A stretch of 64,000 nucleotides of DNA from an uncultured Clostridium sp. (GCA_964529035.1 CAZGUG010000001.1:16886-80885); one strand, 5' to 3'. Counted from the first letter of the stretch, positions 17,877 to 28,464 are shown. The notes: generated by a model from the sequence alone, not told the origin. Translations and numbers: made by a program.

Positions 17877-18320
17877 ATGAGCGAAGGGTTTAATTTCAGG
17901 CTGCAGAGCGTGCTTGATTACAGGGAACACATAAAAAAACAAAAGGCGGAGGAACTGGCAGAATATCGCAGACAGCTGGAACAGGAAAAGAACGCTCTAA
18001 GCGGTTTGGTAAACGTTAAGACAAATATAATAAATGAAATGGACAGTAAATGCAGTGAGGGTATACAGGCGGGATACCTGGTAGAGTGCAATAAATACAT
18101 AGAACAGCTGAACAGGTTTATTGACAGGCACAAAGAAAACCTGTCGGATATGGAAAAAAAAGTGGATGAATGCTGCCAGAATGCTGTAGAGGCTTCAAGG
18201 AATAAAGAGACAATAGAAAAATTAAAGGTGAGGCATTACAAAAAGTTTGCATATCACCTGTCAACGGAGCAGGAAAAAGAAGTGGAGGATTTGGTCAACA
18301 ACAGGAAGACAAGTTCCTAG
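17877..18320 (+). CDS. fliJ: Flagellar export protein FliJ.
   Basis: 147-aa all-coiled-coil protein (FRLQSVLDYREHIKKQKAEELAEYRR...) directly after fliI. Confidence 0.8.
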   Translation: MSEGFNFRLQSVLDYREHIKKQKAEELAEYRRQLEQEKNALSGLVNVKTNIINEMDSKCSEGIQAGYLVECNKYIEQLNRFIDRHKENLSDMEKKVDECCQNAVEASRNKETIEKLKVRHYKKFAYHLSTEQEKEVEDLVNNRKTSS

Positions 18321-18329
18321 GGGGTAAAC

Positions 18330-18926
18330 ATGGCTAAACCAAAAAAAACAAAGAACAAAGAACCAAGGGGTAAGAATAAAAAAATATGGATGACTGTACT
18401 GGTAATTATAGTGGCACTGACAATAACCTTTGGTATTGGTATAGCCTTTAATTTGGGAAACATAGGCATAAGACTCAACAACTTTTTGGCGGGCATGCCT
18501 GTGGCCGGGAATATTTTCGAGCCGATAGATAAAGAAAAAACACCGGAGCAGCTTGAAGAAGAAAGGCTGGAAAATACCCGAAGGATGCTTGAACAGGAGA
18601 GGGAAAACCTGGATGAATGGTCGGACAATCTGGCGGCATGGGAGCTTCAGCTAAAGACAAAGGAAGAAGAACTGAACCAACAAAAAGATGTGGTGGAAAA
18701 GCTGCAGCAAAGGCTGGAAACAAGGCTCAAGAGCATACAGGAACTGGTTGCATATTACGAGAGCATGGACGCGGAGGATGCCGTCAATATATTGAACAAT
18801 ATATCCGATAATGACCTTGTAGTGGTGATACTGAAAAACATGAAACAGCAAAAATCCTCGGAAATACTTGCTGCAATGGACCCGAGAAAGGCGGCAAGGC
18901 TTATGGAAATAATGTCTGCAATGTAA
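18330..18926 (+). CDS. YlxF-like flagellar operon protein: membrane anchor, coiled coil and MgtE-N-like domain.
   Basis: N-terminal TM (IWMTVLVIIVALTITFGIGIAF), coiled coil, C-terminal AEDAVNILNNISDNDLVVVILKNMKQQKSSEILAAMDPRKAARLMEIM. Sits between fliJ and fliK as Bacillus ylxF does. Confidence 0.75.
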   Translation: MAKPKKTKNKEPRGKNKKIWMTVLVIIVALTITFGIGIAFNLGNIGIRLNNFLAGMPVAGNIFEPIDKEKTPEQLEEERLENTRRMLEQERENLDEWSDNLAAWELQLKTKEEELNQQKDVVEKLQQRLETRLKSIQELVAYYESMDAEDAVNILNNISDNDLVVVILKNMKQQKSSEILAAMDPRKAARLMEIMSAM

Positions 18927-18984
18927 AGGGTATTACGGGACAATGGGTCCCGAGTACATAAAACTAGCGAAGGGAGGTGAATAA

Positions 18985-20223
18985 ATGCAGACAATGGCGG
19001 TGGAAAATGCCGTGGGAATACCGGAAGCCGGCAAACAAAGTAAGGGTGCACGGAACGCAGAAAACCTGGAAAGTTCAGCTTTTTCAGGCCTTTTGGGGCA
19101 GATGATGGAAATGCAGACCGGTAAGAATACCGAAGAGGCAGCGGAAAAACAGGAGCTTACAAAAACAGTCCTGCCGCAGATTCCGCATACAATGGATTGT
19201 TGCATACACAAGGAGTGTACCGAAACCGATGAAATCCGCGGAAACCTGTCAACAGAACAGCCGGTTGAAAACATGCGCGGCGGTGAAATCGAATACAAAA
19301 TGCTGCTGCGGTATGAAACCGAAGAGAGTGGAGCCGGCAAAGGAGGAGAAGCAAAAACTGGCCTGTCCCGGGAAGGGGAGCAAAAAAGCGGGGACACACC
19401 GGTGGAACATCCTCAGCCTTTAAGAGGGGAAGGCGGAAAAACCCAAGTCATAATGAAACATGTCAGTGGACAGCAGTACGAAAAAAGCAGCGCAGATGAA
19501 AAACATACCGATGCCGTACACAATAAGGAACCTGCAATGATAAAAATACAAGATAAAGGAATGGATGTTGAAGAGGCAAACCAATTGGACAGGCCTGCTG
19601 ACCAAAAATACGGCATAAAAAACGCGGTAAAACAGGTAATGGATGAAGGCGCTGCAGCGTCAAAAAATGTAAAGACAAAGCAGCAAGTCTTAAAAACCGA
19701 AAGCATACATCAAAGAAACGGTCAGGAAGGGATAAAGACGGATCTTTGGTACGAAATTGAAGGCAGGGCTGTCAAGGAAAGGCCGGAAAGGGAATCTGTC
19801 CGGCTGGAAGAAAACAAACGGGAACTGATAAACCAGTTGGCTGACAAAATGAGAATTGTGATTGGTTCCAGAAAATCCGAAATAAGCATGCAGCTTAGAC
19901 CTGAACGGCTGGGCAGGTTGAATCTCAGGCTGACGGTGGTGGACGGTGTACTAAACGGGAAGATGGTGGTTCAAAACAACGAAGCAAAGAATTTAATCCA
20001 GGCAAACCTTGCTGAATTAAAAGAAAGCCTTGAACAGCAGGGAATCCCTGTAAGCAAGTTCCAGGTTAATGTAGGGGGTGGCGGTGGATACGAGCGACAG
20101 CAGTTTTACCGGGAAAACCGGCAGACACTAAACGGGCAGCCCACGGCAGACCCATACGGCGAAAGTGAAAGTGAAGAATTCATTTACTGGAGAGGTGAAG
20201 GGACCATAGAACTGCTGGCATAG
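18985..20223 (+). CDS. fliK: Flagellar hook-length control protein FliK.
   Basis: Low-complexity E/K/Q-rich N-terminal and central region with a C-terminal Flg_hook domain ([57 protein letters not shown]). Confidence 0.85.
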   Translation: MQTMAVENAVGIPEAGKQSKGARNAENLESSAFSGLLGQMMEMQTGKNTEEAAEKQELTKTVLPQIPHTMDCCIHKECTETDEIRGNLSTEQPVENMRGGEIEYKMLLRYETEESGAGKGGEAKTGLSREGEQKSGDTPVEHPQPLRGEGGKTQVIMKHVSGQQYEKSSADEKHTDAVHNKEPAMIKIQDKGMDVEEANQLDRPADQKYGIKNAVKQVMDEGAAASKNVKTKQQVLKTESIHQRNGQEGIKTDLWYEIEGRAVKERPERESVRLEENKRELINQLADKMRIVIGSRKSEISMQLRPERLGRLNLRLTVVDGVLNGKMVVQNNEAKNLIQANLAELKESLEQQGIPVSKFQVNVGGGGGYERQQFYRENRQTLNGQPTADPYGESESEEFIYWRGEGTIELLA

Positions 20224-20234
20224 GAGGTGAAAAA

Positions 20235-20735
20235 ATGCAGACAAACAGTGTGGATTCCGGGTACGGATACCAGGAGGGTTATACCGGCGAACTGGAAAAA
20301 AACGATGCTATGGGAAAGGATGCATTCCTGCAGCTGCTTGTTAACCAGATCAGGAACCAGGACCCGCTGAATCCCGTGGACGACAAGGAGTTCTTGGCAC
20401 AGATGGCCCAGTTCAGCAGCCTTGAACAGATGCAGAACCTGAATGAAAGCTTTAATACCGGGCTTAACATGCTGCTGGAAACGGTGGACGGAGGACTGTA
20501 TGAAAACTTCAGAGCACTTATGAGCATAAACAGCAACATAATAATGCAGCAAAACTTCCAGGCAATGAACCTGCTGGGGAAGGACATAACTGCAGTAATA
20601 GAAACCGATGGAGAACAAGAAACCATACAGGGTGAGGTCAGAAGGGTCTCCTTCAAAGAAGGCAGGGTACTGATTGAAGTGGACGAAAGGCTTATCTATA
20701 TGGATGAAGTTGCAGAGTTTGAAATAGGACAGTAA
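20235..20735 (+). CDS. flgD: Flagellar hook assembly/capping protein FlgD.
   Basis: [43 protein letters not shown] is the FlgD N-terminal signature. Confidence 0.88.
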   Translation: MQTNSVDSGYGYQEGYTGELEKNDAMGKDAFLQLLVNQIRNQDPLNPVDDKEFLAQMAQFSSLEQMQNLNESFNTGLNMLLETVDGGLYENFRALMSINSNIIMQQNFQAMNLLGKDITAVIETDGEQETIQGEVRRVSFKEGRVLIEVDERLIYMDEVAEFEIGQ

Positions 20736-20773
20736 AAGCGGCCGAACAAAATCCCAGAATGGGAGGGGCGGTA

Positions 20774-21157
20774 ATGGGCGGAATAAACAAAATAAACAGC
20801 AGAATAACTCCGGCAGCAGAAACGACAGTAAAAAAGCCAGTGGAGAACGGGAAAAAAACGGATGCAGACTTCAAGGAAGTGCTGGAGGCTGCAAACAGCA
20901 AACTTAAGGTTTCCCTGTCTAAACATGCCCGAGTCAGAATGCAGTCAAGGGACATAATGCTCAACAATACCCAGGTGGAGAAGTTGAACCTGGCGGTGGA
21001 AAGGGCCCGGCAGAAAGGGATAAGGGATACCCTTGTGCTAATGGATGACAAAGCCTTTGTGGTAAACGTAAAAAACACAACCATAGTTACTGCGGCAAAC
21101 CGCGAAGCATTAAAGGACAGAGTATTTACAAATATAGACGGAGCTGTAATAGTGTAG
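20774..21157 (+). CDS. Small flagellar operon protein of unknown function; resembles the TIGR02530 'flagellar operon protein' family by position and size.
   Basis: About 127 aa between flgD and flgE; GGGAGGGG precedes ATG 20774. No catalytic motif; family assignment is tentative. Confidence 0.55.
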   Translation: MGGINKINSRITPAAETTVKKPVENGKKTDADFKEVLEAANSKLKVSLSKHARVRMQSRDIMLNNTQVEKLNLAVERARQKGIRDTLVLMDDKAFVVNVKNTTIVTAANREALKDRVFTNIDGAVIV

Positions 21158-21235
21158 CCGGACCTTCAAAAGGGGGCTCAGCTTTCCGGAGCGACGGAAG
21201 GGAAGCATTACAGCTTTAAAAGGAGGTCATGCAAT

Positions 21236-22489
21236 ATGATGCGTTCATTGTTTTCAGGCGTTTCAGGTCTTAGGGCACACCAGACCAGAATGGACGTGAT
21301 TGGAAATAACATATCAAATGTCAATACGGTCGGATACAAGTCGTCCCGTGCTACCTTTCAGGAGATTTTCAGCGAGACCCTGAAGGGTGCCGGTGCGCCG
21401 GAAGGCGGAAGGGGAGGTACAAACCCGCAGCAGGTGGGACTTGGCATTAGCCTTGCGACTATCGATACCCTGCATACCAGGGGCAGCATTGAATCCACCG
21501 GCTATCCGCTTGATTTGGCGATAGAAGGGAACGGCTTTTTTGTGGTGTCTGACGGAGGAGCACCCAAATTTACTCGGGCGGGCAATTTCATACGGGACAC
21601 CGAGGGAAATATTGTAAACGGCAACGGATACAGGGTACTGGGCTGGATGGCGGACCAACTGGGCAATATAGATACCACCGTCTCCCCCGGGGCCATACAG
21701 ATACCAAAGGATTTGCAGATGCAGCCGCTTGCCACAGGTGCAATAAAAATCATAGGAAATCTGGATGCGGATACACCGGAAGACGGAGTAGTACCATTTG
21801 AAACTGAAATCTTCGATGAACTGGGAAGGAAGAACAAGCTCACCTTTGAGCTAAGAAAAACAGGTACTGATAACCAGTGGGTAATAGCGTCGGATGGAAC
21901 CGATGGTAGGGTTAAAGTTACACCACCGGTTGGCGATCCGGAATATGTGACCCTGTCAGCATCTCCCACAATAGAGTTTGAAGAAGGAAAGATGACTGAA
22001 CCTACAGACGGCATTTTCACGATAGACGGGACTGTGCCAATATATCAGAATATTACCGTTGATATATCGGATATCCACCAGTTTGCCGGAGAATCCGGCG
22101 TAGAACCGCTGGAGGTGGACGGTTATGCGCTGGGCAGTCTGGAGACCTTCAATTTCGATGCTGCCGGTGTGGCTACCGGGATATTCACAAACGGGCAGGA
22201 AAAGGTGATAGGAAGGATAGCACTGGCCAGCTTCAACAACCCTTCCGGGCTTCAAAAGGTAGGCACAAATCTGTTTGTGCAGACCCCCAACTCGGGGCAG
22301 CCGTCGATAGGCATAGCAGGGGACCACGGGAGGGGTACCATAAACCCCAGTTCCCTTGAAATGTCCAACGTGGATATTTCAAAGGAGTTTACCGATATGA
22401 TTATAACCCAGAGAGGTTTCCAGGCAAATTCAAGGATCATTACGACTTCTGATGAAATGCTTCAGGAATTGGTTAACCTGAAGAGATAA
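21236..22489 (+). CDS. flgE: Flagellar hook protein FlgE.
   Basis: N-terminal MMRSLFSGVSGLRAHQTRMDVIGNNISNVNTVGYK; C-terminal SNVDISKEFTDMIITQRGFQANSRIITTSDEMLQELVNL; 417 aa, located after flgD. Confidence 0.88.
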   Translation: MMRSLFSGVSGLRAHQTRMDVIGNNISNVNTVGYKSSRATFQEIFSETLKGAGAPEGGRGGTNPQQVGLGISLATIDTLHTRGSIESTGYPLDLAIEGNGFFVVSDGGAPKFTRAGNFIRDTEGNIVNGNGYRVLGWMADQLGNIDTTVSPGAIQIPKDLQMQPLATGAIKIIGNLDADTPEDGVVPFETEIFDELGRKNKLTFELRKTGTDNQWVIASDGTDGRVKVTPPVGDPEYVTLSASPTIEFEEGKMTEPTDGIFTIDGTVPIYQNITVDISDIHQFAGESGVEPLEVDGYALGSLETFNFDAAGVATGIFTNGQEKVIGRIALASFNNPSGLQKVGTNLFVQTPNSGQPSIGIAGDHGRGTINPSSLEMSNVDISKEFTDMIITQRGFQANSRIITTSDEMLQELVNLKR

Positions 22490-22494
22490 ATGAA

Positions 22495-22531
22495 CCGTCG
22501 GGGATTCCCTTGTTAAGGGAATCCCCGACGG
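22495..22531 (+). other. Perfect 15-bp stem-loop between flgE and flbD with no U-tract; likely an mRNA processing or stability element or a partial attenuator.
   Basis: CCGTCGGGGATTCCC-TTGTTAA-GGGAATCCCCGACGG, followed by GAAAAAAGAGGGG (the flbD RBS). Confidence 0.6.
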
Positions 22532-22550
22532 GAAAAAAGAGGGGTTTATT

Positions 22551-22742
22551 ATGATTAAGGTTACAAGGATAAACGGAAAGGAGTTTGTAATTAACGCAGA
22601 GCAGATAGAGTTTGCGGAAGAGACGCCGGACACCGTAATTTCCCTTATATCCGGCAAAAAGGTTGTGGTGAGCGAAAGCATAGATGAGATTATCCGGAGG
22701 GTTGTGGAGTATAAGGGTAATATACTTCGCTCATGCCAATGA
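22551..22742 (+). CDS. flbD: Flagellar protein FlbD.
   Basis: 63 aa; MIKVTRINGKEFVINAEQIEFAEETPDTVISLISGKKVVVSESIDEI matches the FlbD family. Confidence 0.85.
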   Translation: MIKVTRINGKEFVINAEQIEFAEETPDTVISLISGKKVVVSESIDEIIRRVVEYKGNILRSCQ

Positions 22743-22760
22743 ACAAGTGAGGTGTAGACA

Positions 22761-23573
22761 ATGGATATTTCAACCGCGTTGGGAATATTAATGGGAACTG
22801 CCTTCTTAATCATAGGAATTTTAATAAACGGCGCACTGGGCACCTATTATGACCAGGCTTCGATTATGATAGTACTCGGAGGCACCATCGCAGCTACACT
22901 CATCAGTTTCCCGCTCCCCAAGTTCAAAGAAACAATAAGAAGCGTAAAGCATATATTCTTTGGAAAAGAAATGAATGCCGCTCAAGTAATAGAAAATATA
23001 ATCGAACTAGCAAACGTGGCCAGAAAAGAGGGCCTGCTGGCCCTGGAGGAGGCTGCGCTGCAGTTGGACGACGATTTCTTGAGAAAGGGCATACTTCTGA
23101 TTGTCGACGGAACAGACCCGGAACTTGTCAGGAACATACTGGAAACAGAGCTTGCTTTTGTGGAGGAAAGACACAGTATGGGTCAGAGCCTGTTCGAGAC
23201 AATGGGCAGTGTTTCGCCCGCTTTTGGAATGATAGGAACATTGATTGGGCTTATAAATATGCTGAAAACCCTCGAAGACCCTTCCACCGTAGGTCCCAAC
23301 ATGGCGGTGGCCCTTATAACAACTTTCTATGGGGCCGTATTGGCTTATTTGTTTTTCCTGCCAATGGCGCGGAAGCTAAAGGTAAGAAGCAAAGAAGAAA
23401 TACTTTTGAAAGAGATATTGGTTGAAGGCATGCTCTCGATACAGGCCGGTGAAAACCCGAGAATTATAGAGGAAAAGCTGGTTGCATTCCTGGCACCCAA
23501 AATGAGGGAAAAAGCCAAGAAGGAAAAGGAAAGCGAAAGCGGGGAGGAAGCCTATGCGGACGCGGCGAATTAG
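22761..23573 (+). CDS. motA: Flagellar motor stator protein MotA.
   Basis: Four-TM MotA/TolQ/ExbB-family protein; GMIGTLIGLINML and GPNMAVALITTFYGAVLAY plug and TM segments. Confidence 0.88.
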   Translation: MDISTALGILMGTAFLIIGILINGALGTYYDQASIMIVLGGTIAATLISFPLPKFKETIRSVKHIFFGKEMNAAQVIENIIELANVARKEGLLALEEAALQLDDDFLRKGILLIVDGTDPELVRNILETELAFVEERHSMGQSLFETMGSVSPAFGMIGTLIGLINMLKTLEDPSTVGPNMAVALITTFYGAVLAYLFFLPMARKLKVRSKEEILLKEILVEGMLSIQAGENPRIIEEKLVAFLAPKMREKAKKEKESESGEEAYADAAN

Positions 23574-24294
23574 ACGCGACGCCGGCAGTGCGGTAGTCGG
23601 CGACTGGATAACAACATACAGCGACCTTGTTACTTTACTTTTGTGTTTTTTCGTTTTACTCTTTTCATTTTCAGAAATTGATGCAAGAAAGTTTGAAGCA
23701 ATAATAAAGTCTTTCCAGGGTTCGACAGGCGTGCTGGATATGGGAAAGACGGTTGACGAGGATAAATATATAAGTCAGGCATTAACAAGCGACAGACTGT
23801 TTAGGAACATGCCCCAGACAGAGAGTCTTGAAAGCCTGCACAGGCAGCTGGATGAGTACATAAAGGAAAACAATCTTGAAGCGACTATAGTGCTTGGAGT
23901 GGAAGAAAGAGGACTGCTTATACGATTTACCGACCAGGTACTGTTCGATTCGGGAAAGGCAGAGATCAAGCCGGAGGCGGTACCCATCATGCAAAATATC
24001 GGAGAGATTCTCAGAACAAACAACCGGTTTATAAGGGTAGAAGGGCATACAGACAACGTGCCTATAAACACGCTTTTTTATCCATCCAACTGGGAATTGT
24101 CTACAAGCAGGGCTGTGAATGTGGTTAAGTTTTTTATGGAAGAAGTGGGCATTACCCCTGCCAGGCTTTCGGCGGCGGGATACGGTGAGTATCATCCCAT
24201 TGCGGATAACGATACTGCCGTTAACCGCCAAAAAAACAGAAGGGTGGATGTGGTTATTTTAAGGGAAATACATGCTTTTAACGAACCTAATTAG
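23554..24294 (+). CDS. motB: Flagellar motor stator protein MotB.
   Basis: Single N-terminal TM with conserved Asp (DWITTYSDLVTLLLCFF); C-terminal OmpA-like domain (RVEGHTDNVPI...NWELSTSRA). Confidence 0.88.
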   Translation: MRTRRIRRDAGSAVVGDWITTYSDLVTLLLCFFVLLFSFSEIDARKFEAIIKSFQGSTGVLDMGKTVDEDKYISQALTSDRLFRNMPQTESLESLHRQLDEYIKENNLEATIVLGVEERGLLIRFTDQVLFDSGKAEIKPEAVPIMQNIGEILRTNNRFIRVEGHTDNVPINTLFYPSNWELSTSRAVNVVKFFMEEVGITPARLSAAGYGEYHPIADNDTAVNRQKNRRVDVVILREIHAFNEPN

Positions 24295-24308
24295 GACGGA
24301 GTGAGACT

Positions 24309-24719
24309 ATGAGTATTAAAAAACTGTTGCTTATTATAATGTTGGTGATTATTGCCGGCATAATAATTTTTGTAGCTGTCTATTCCTTTCTTGGTGCCAA
24401 AGCCGCAGACAACGAAAAGACAGTGATAATCCCCACGGGACCAAAATATCAGACAAATTTAAAGGATTGCAATAGTATTCTTCTTATCAGTTACCAAATA
24501 GAAGTTAAGGAAGATAAAAAGCTGTTGGCACAAATAGAAGAGCGGAATACAGAAGTAAGAAGCAGGGTGCTTGATATCCTGAGGGACAAAACAAGGGAAG
24601 ATATAGAAGGAACCAGGGGCAAAACAAATCTTGAAACGGAAATTCTTAAGTATTATCATACCCTGTTCGGCGAGGATGAGATTTTGAATGTGTTTATTGA
24701 TGATATAGTGGTTCAATAG
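24309..24719 (+). CDS. fliL: Flagellar basal body-associated protein FliL.
   Basis: 136 aa with one N-terminal TM and a FliL-like periplasmic domain; between motB and fliM. Confidence 0.75.
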   Translation: MSIKKLLLIIMLVIIAGIIIFVAVYSFLGAKAADNEKTVIIPTGPKYQTNLKDCNSILLISYQIEVKEDKKLLAQIEERNTEVRSRVLDILRDKTREDIEGTRGKTNLETEILKYYHTLFGEDEILNVFIDDIVVQ

Positions 24720-24733
24720 AGGGGGGGTTAAAC

Positions 24734-25729
24734 ATGCCGGATGTACTTACCCAAAACGAAATAGACGATCTTTTAAAGGCTTTAAGTACAGGTGAACTTG
24801 ATGTGCGGGAAGTAGTACAGGATACCTCGGAAAAACACATAAAATGCTATGACTTCAAACGACCCAATAAATTTGCAAAGGACCAGCTGAGGACTTTGGA
24901 GATGATTCACGAAAACTATGCAAGACTGGTCTCCACTTTTATGTCGGGTTACCTGAGGAGTTTTGTAACGGTGGATTTGCTTTCGGTGGAGCAGCTTACA
25001 TATCATGAATTTACAAATTCTCTGGCAAACCCTACCATACTGGCCCTTTGTGACATACCGCCCCTTTCAGGCAGTTTTATACTGGATATTGGTCCTTCCC
25101 TTACCTATGCGATTATTGACAGAATACTGGGCGGTGGTGGAAATGGTGATATTAAAACGCGGAACTTTACCGAAATAGAAGTTTCCATAATGAAAAGTTT
25201 GTTGGAAAGGACCGCGGACCTGCTGGTGGAACCATGGAGCAACGTTATTGAATTCGCACCAAGGGTTGCAAAGATAGAGACCAACTCACAATTCCTGCAG
25301 GTGATGTCGCCGAATGAGATTATAGCTTTGATCACAATGAGATTAAAGGTCGGCGAATCAGAGGGCATGATGAACTTGGCGATTCCCCATCTTTCGGTGG
25401 AACCCATTGTAAACAAAATATCCACGAGATACTGGTTTACCTCAAACGGTGCAACGGAAAGCAAAGGTGACACAAAGCTTCTCGAAAAGAGAATTGAGAA
25501 TGCAAGCGTTTTATTGAAGGTGGTTTTAGGTGAAACAAATCTGACCATCGAAGAATTTACCGGCCTGCAGACCGGGGATGTACTGAGACTCAACAGGCAG
25601 ACAGAGCGCCCTATGGAAATGTACGTGGGCAATAAGCATATATTCAATGTCAAACCGGGAGTGAAAAAAAATAAAATCGCAGTAAAGATAGTAGACATTG
25701 CAAGGAAAGGAGATGAGTTTGATGAATGA
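24734..25729 (+). CDS. fliM: Flagellar motor switch protein FliM.
   Basis: N-terminal CheY-P-binding peptide MPDVLTQNEIDDLLKAL; CheC-like middle domain; C-terminal FliN-like domain. Confidence 0.9.
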   Translation: MPDVLTQNEIDDLLKALSTGELDVREVVQDTSEKHIKCYDFKRPNKFAKDQLRTLEMIHENYARLVSTFMSGYLRSFVTVDLLSVEQLTYHEFTNSLANPTILALCDIPPLSGSFILDIGPSLTYAIIDRILGGGGNGDIKTRNFTEIEVSIMKSLLERTADLLVEPWSNVIEFAPRVAKIETNSQFLQVMSPNEIIALITMRLKVGESEGMMNLAIPHLSVEPIVNKISTRYWFTSNGATESKGDTKLLEKRIENASVLLKVVLGETNLTIEEFTGLQTGDVLRLNRQTERPMEMYVGNKHIFNVKPGVKKNKIAVKIVDIARKGDEFDE

Positions 25730-26909
25730 AATGCTGTCCCAGGAAGAGATAGATGCGCTGCTTAAAAAGGAAAGGCCTCCGGAGGATGAGATACTTACCG
25801 AAGAGGAAATTGACGCCCTGGGAGAAATAGGCAATATTAGCATGGGAACTTCGGCAACAACCCTTTATTCGCTGCTTAAAAACAAAGTAACCATTACCAC
25901 TCCCAATGTGGAAATTACCGATGCGGGGCAGGTAACCAGTGAATATCCACTGCCCTTTCTGGCGGTGAATGTTGAATTTACCGAAGGTATAGAAGGAACA
26001 AACCTATTGCTTGTTAAGGATAATGATGCAAAGATTATCGCAGACCTGATGATGGGAGGGAACGGTAAAAACCCGCCGGAGGAACTCGGGGAAATGGCAG
26101 TGAGCGCCGTCAGCGAAGCGATGAATCAGATGATAGGTTCCGCCGCAACGTCACTTTCTACGCTGCTGGACAAGCCCATACATATATCTCCTCCACAAAC
26201 CACAAAGGTGGACCTGGGAGCAGATGCCCACGGCATTCGGTTCTTTGAGGAAAACGAAAAATTCGTGAGGACTTCCTTTAAGATGGTGGTCGGCGACTTG
26301 ATAGACAGTGAAATAATGCAGCTGCTTCCGATAGGCTTTTCCAAGGAAATGGTTGCAAGCCTGATAGACAAGGAAAAAAAGGAAGCTGAGAATACTGCCG
26401 GAATTACTTCTGCTGTAATTGAGGAAGATGAAGATTCCATGGCAATACCGAATTCTGAAATGGAAGAACAGAAGAATACAGAAGAGTTGTCAGCCAATGA
26501 TATAAAAGAAAAACTGATGGATACTCCTGATTTGTCAGCAGGAAATGGGCATGGAGAAAGGCGGGAGGCTCCGGCGGATCAAAAAGAGGTTAAGATACAG
26601 CCGGTTACGCTGAAAGATTTTGAAGAAACTTCTTCATCGACGGGCAGGGAAAACATCAACCTTATACTGGATGTACCGTTAAACGTTACTGTGGAACTGG
26701 GCAGGACAAAAAAACAAATCAGGGAAATACTGCAGTTTGGAGTAGGTACCATTGTGGAATTGGATAAGCTGGCGGGCGAACCGGTGGAACTTATGGTTAA
26801 CGGTAAGTTTATAGCAAAAGGTGAAGTAGTGGTTATAGATGAAAACTTTGGAGTAAGGATAACAGATATCGTGCATCCTTCCAAAAGGATTAATAGTATA
26901 TCACAGTAA
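25722..26909 (+). CDS. fliY: Flagellar motor switch phosphatase FliY (CheC-like domains plus a FliN domain).
   Basis: N-terminal MNEMLSQEEIDALLKK; CheC-like repeats (GEIGNISMGTSAT, SEAMNQMIGSAAT); C-terminal FliN domain (VTVELGRTKKQIREILQFGVGTIVELDKLAGEPVELMVNGKFIAKGEVVVIDENFGVRI). Confidence 0.85.
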   Translation: MNEMLSQEEIDALLKKERPPEDEILTEEEIDALGEIGNISMGTSATTLYSLLKNKVTITTPNVEITDAGQVTSEYPLPFLAVNVEFTEGIEGTNLLLVKDNDAKIIADLMMGGNGKNPPEELGEMAVSAVSEAMNQMIGSAATSLSTLLDKPIHISPPQTTKVDLGADAHGIRFFEENEKFVRTSFKMVVGDLIDSEIMQLLPIGFSKEMVASLIDKEKKEAENTAGITSAVIEEDEDSMAIPNSEMEEQKNTEELSANDIKEKLMDTPDLSAGNGHGERREAPADQKEVKIQPVTLKDFEETSSSTGRENINLILDVPLNVTVELGRTKKQIREILQFGVGTIVELDKLAGEPVELMVNGKFIAKGEVVVIDENFGVRITDIVHPSKRINSISQ

Positions 26910-26935
26910 CCGATAAGAGGGGGGAAAGGGTCCAT

Positions 26936-27295
26936 ATGGCAAAGGAAATATTGATAGTTGATGACGCCGCCTTTATGAGAATGATGATCAAGGATATATT
27001 GGACAAAAACGGATACCAGGTGGTGGGAGAAGCCGAAAACGGAATAAAAGCAGTGGAAAAATTTACCGAACTTAAACCGGATTTGGTGATTATGGATATC
27101 ACAATGCCTGAAATGGACGGTATACAGGCGGTCAAGAAGATAAGAACCATTGATTCAGATGCAAACATTATAATGTGTTCTGCAATGGGTCAGCAGGCTA
27201 TGGTAATTGAAGCGATTCAGGCCGGAGCGAAGGATTTTATTGTAAAGCCGTTTCAGCCGGACAGGGTATTGGAGGCGGTCAGCAAAGCCATATAA
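26936..27295 (+). CDS. cheY: Chemotaxis response regulator CheY.
   Basis: 119-aa receiver: ILIVDDAAFMR, phospho-acceptor Asp in LVIMDITMPEMDG, Lys in FIVKPF. Confidence 0.9.
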   Translation: MAKEILIVDDAAFMRMMIKDILDKNGYQVVGEAENGIKAVEKFTELKPDLVIMDITMPEMDGIQAVKKIRTIDSDANIIMCSAMGQQAMVIEAIQAGAKDFIVKPFQPDRVLEAVSKAI

Positions 27296-27320
27296 AGCTA
27301 TATGATAAGGTGGGTATTTA

Positions 27321-27710
27321 ATGGGAGGTTTTTGGTCTGTACTTCTTAAATCTGTTTATTTCCTGATAGTGTTCGGTATTATTATTCTGCTTGCGTATTA
27401 TTCCACAAGAGTTTTGGGAAAAAAAGTATCAAAAAATTCGGGGAAGTATATGAAGATAGTCGATACGCTGTTTATGGGAAATGACAGGACACTTGTAATC
27501 GTAAGGATAAAGGAAGATTTTTTGTTGATGTCAACTTCTGCCAGGGGAGTTGAGATTATTAAGGAACTAGACGGTTTTTCGGAGGATTTAACCGGCGTGC
27601 AGGATGATTTTGACGATTATCTCAGTAAATACGGGGCCTCTTATAAAAGGGGATTTTGGAGATTCTTACGCAAAATAGATAGCGGCAGGGATGTTACAGA
27701 TGACAAATAA
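27321..27710 (+). CDS. fliO: Flagellar biosynthesis protein FliO/FliZ.
   Basis: 129 aa with a single TM (VYFLIVFGIIILLAYYSTRVLG), located before fliP. Confidence 0.7.
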   Translation: MGGFWSVLLKSVYFLIVFGIIILLAYYSTRVLGKKVSKNSGKYMKIVDTLFMGNDRTLVIVRIKEDFLLMSTSARGVEIIKELDGFSEDLTGVQDDFDDYLSKYGASYKRGFWRFLRKIDSGRDVTDDK

Positions 27711-28464
27711 AAAGAAGCTTATAATTATTATGTGTGTTTTAATATCGGTGCTTTTGCTGCAAACAGCTGTGCAGGCGGCGCCGAACATACCTGTACCCCG
27801 GATAGGGCTGAATATGGAGCCGGCGGAATCGCCGGAAGATGTATCATTGAGCCTTCAGATATTGTTTATACTGACAATACTAAGCCTGGCACCGGCAATA
27901 CTTATTATGACCACAGGTTTTACCAGAATAATAATAGTACTCTCCTTTATCAGAAATGCACTGGCGACGCAACAGACACCGCCCAACCAGGTGCTTATAG
28001 GACTTGCCCTGTTCCTTACACTCTTTGTGATGTCACCGGTGATAAGCGAAATTAACCAGGAGGCATACCGGCCCTACATGGAGGGAGATATTATATTTGA
28101 GGAAGCTCTGAACCGGGCTATGCAGCCACTGCGGCAGTTCATGTTCAGGCAGACCCGACAGAAGGATTTGGCCCTTTTTGTAAACGTTTCGGGGCAGCAG
28201 GAGATTGATGATATCAATGGGATAACCAACAGGGCCCTTATCCCGGCGTTTATAATAAGCGAGTTGAAAACGGCATTTCAAATGGGATTCTTGTTATTCG
28301 TGCCGTTTTTGGTTATCGATATGGTGGTTGCCAGCACACTGATGTCAATGGGTATGATGATGCTGCCGCCTATAATGGTGTCACTGCCCTTTAAAATACT
28401 GCTGTTTATCATGGTTGACGGATGGAACCTGGTCGTTCAGTCTCTGATGACGGGTTTCAGATAG
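27691..28464 (+). CDS. fliP: Flagellar export apparatus protein FliP.
   Basis: Signal peptide then LQILFILTILSLAPAILIMTTGFTRIIIVLSFIRNALATQQTPPNQVL, the FliP signature. Confidence 0.92.
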   Translation: MLQMTNKKKLIIIMCVLISVLLLQTAVQAAPNIPVPRIGLNMEPAESPEDVSLSLQILFILTILSLAPAILIMTTGFTRIIIVLSFIRNALATQQTPPNQVLIGLALFLTLFVMSPVISEINQEAYRPYMEGDIIFEEALNRAMQPLRQFMFRQTRQKDLALFVNVSGQQEIDDINGITNRALIPAFIISELKTAFQMGFLLFVPFLVIDMVVASTLMSMGMMMLPPIMVSLPFKILLFIMVDGWNLVVQSLMTGFR

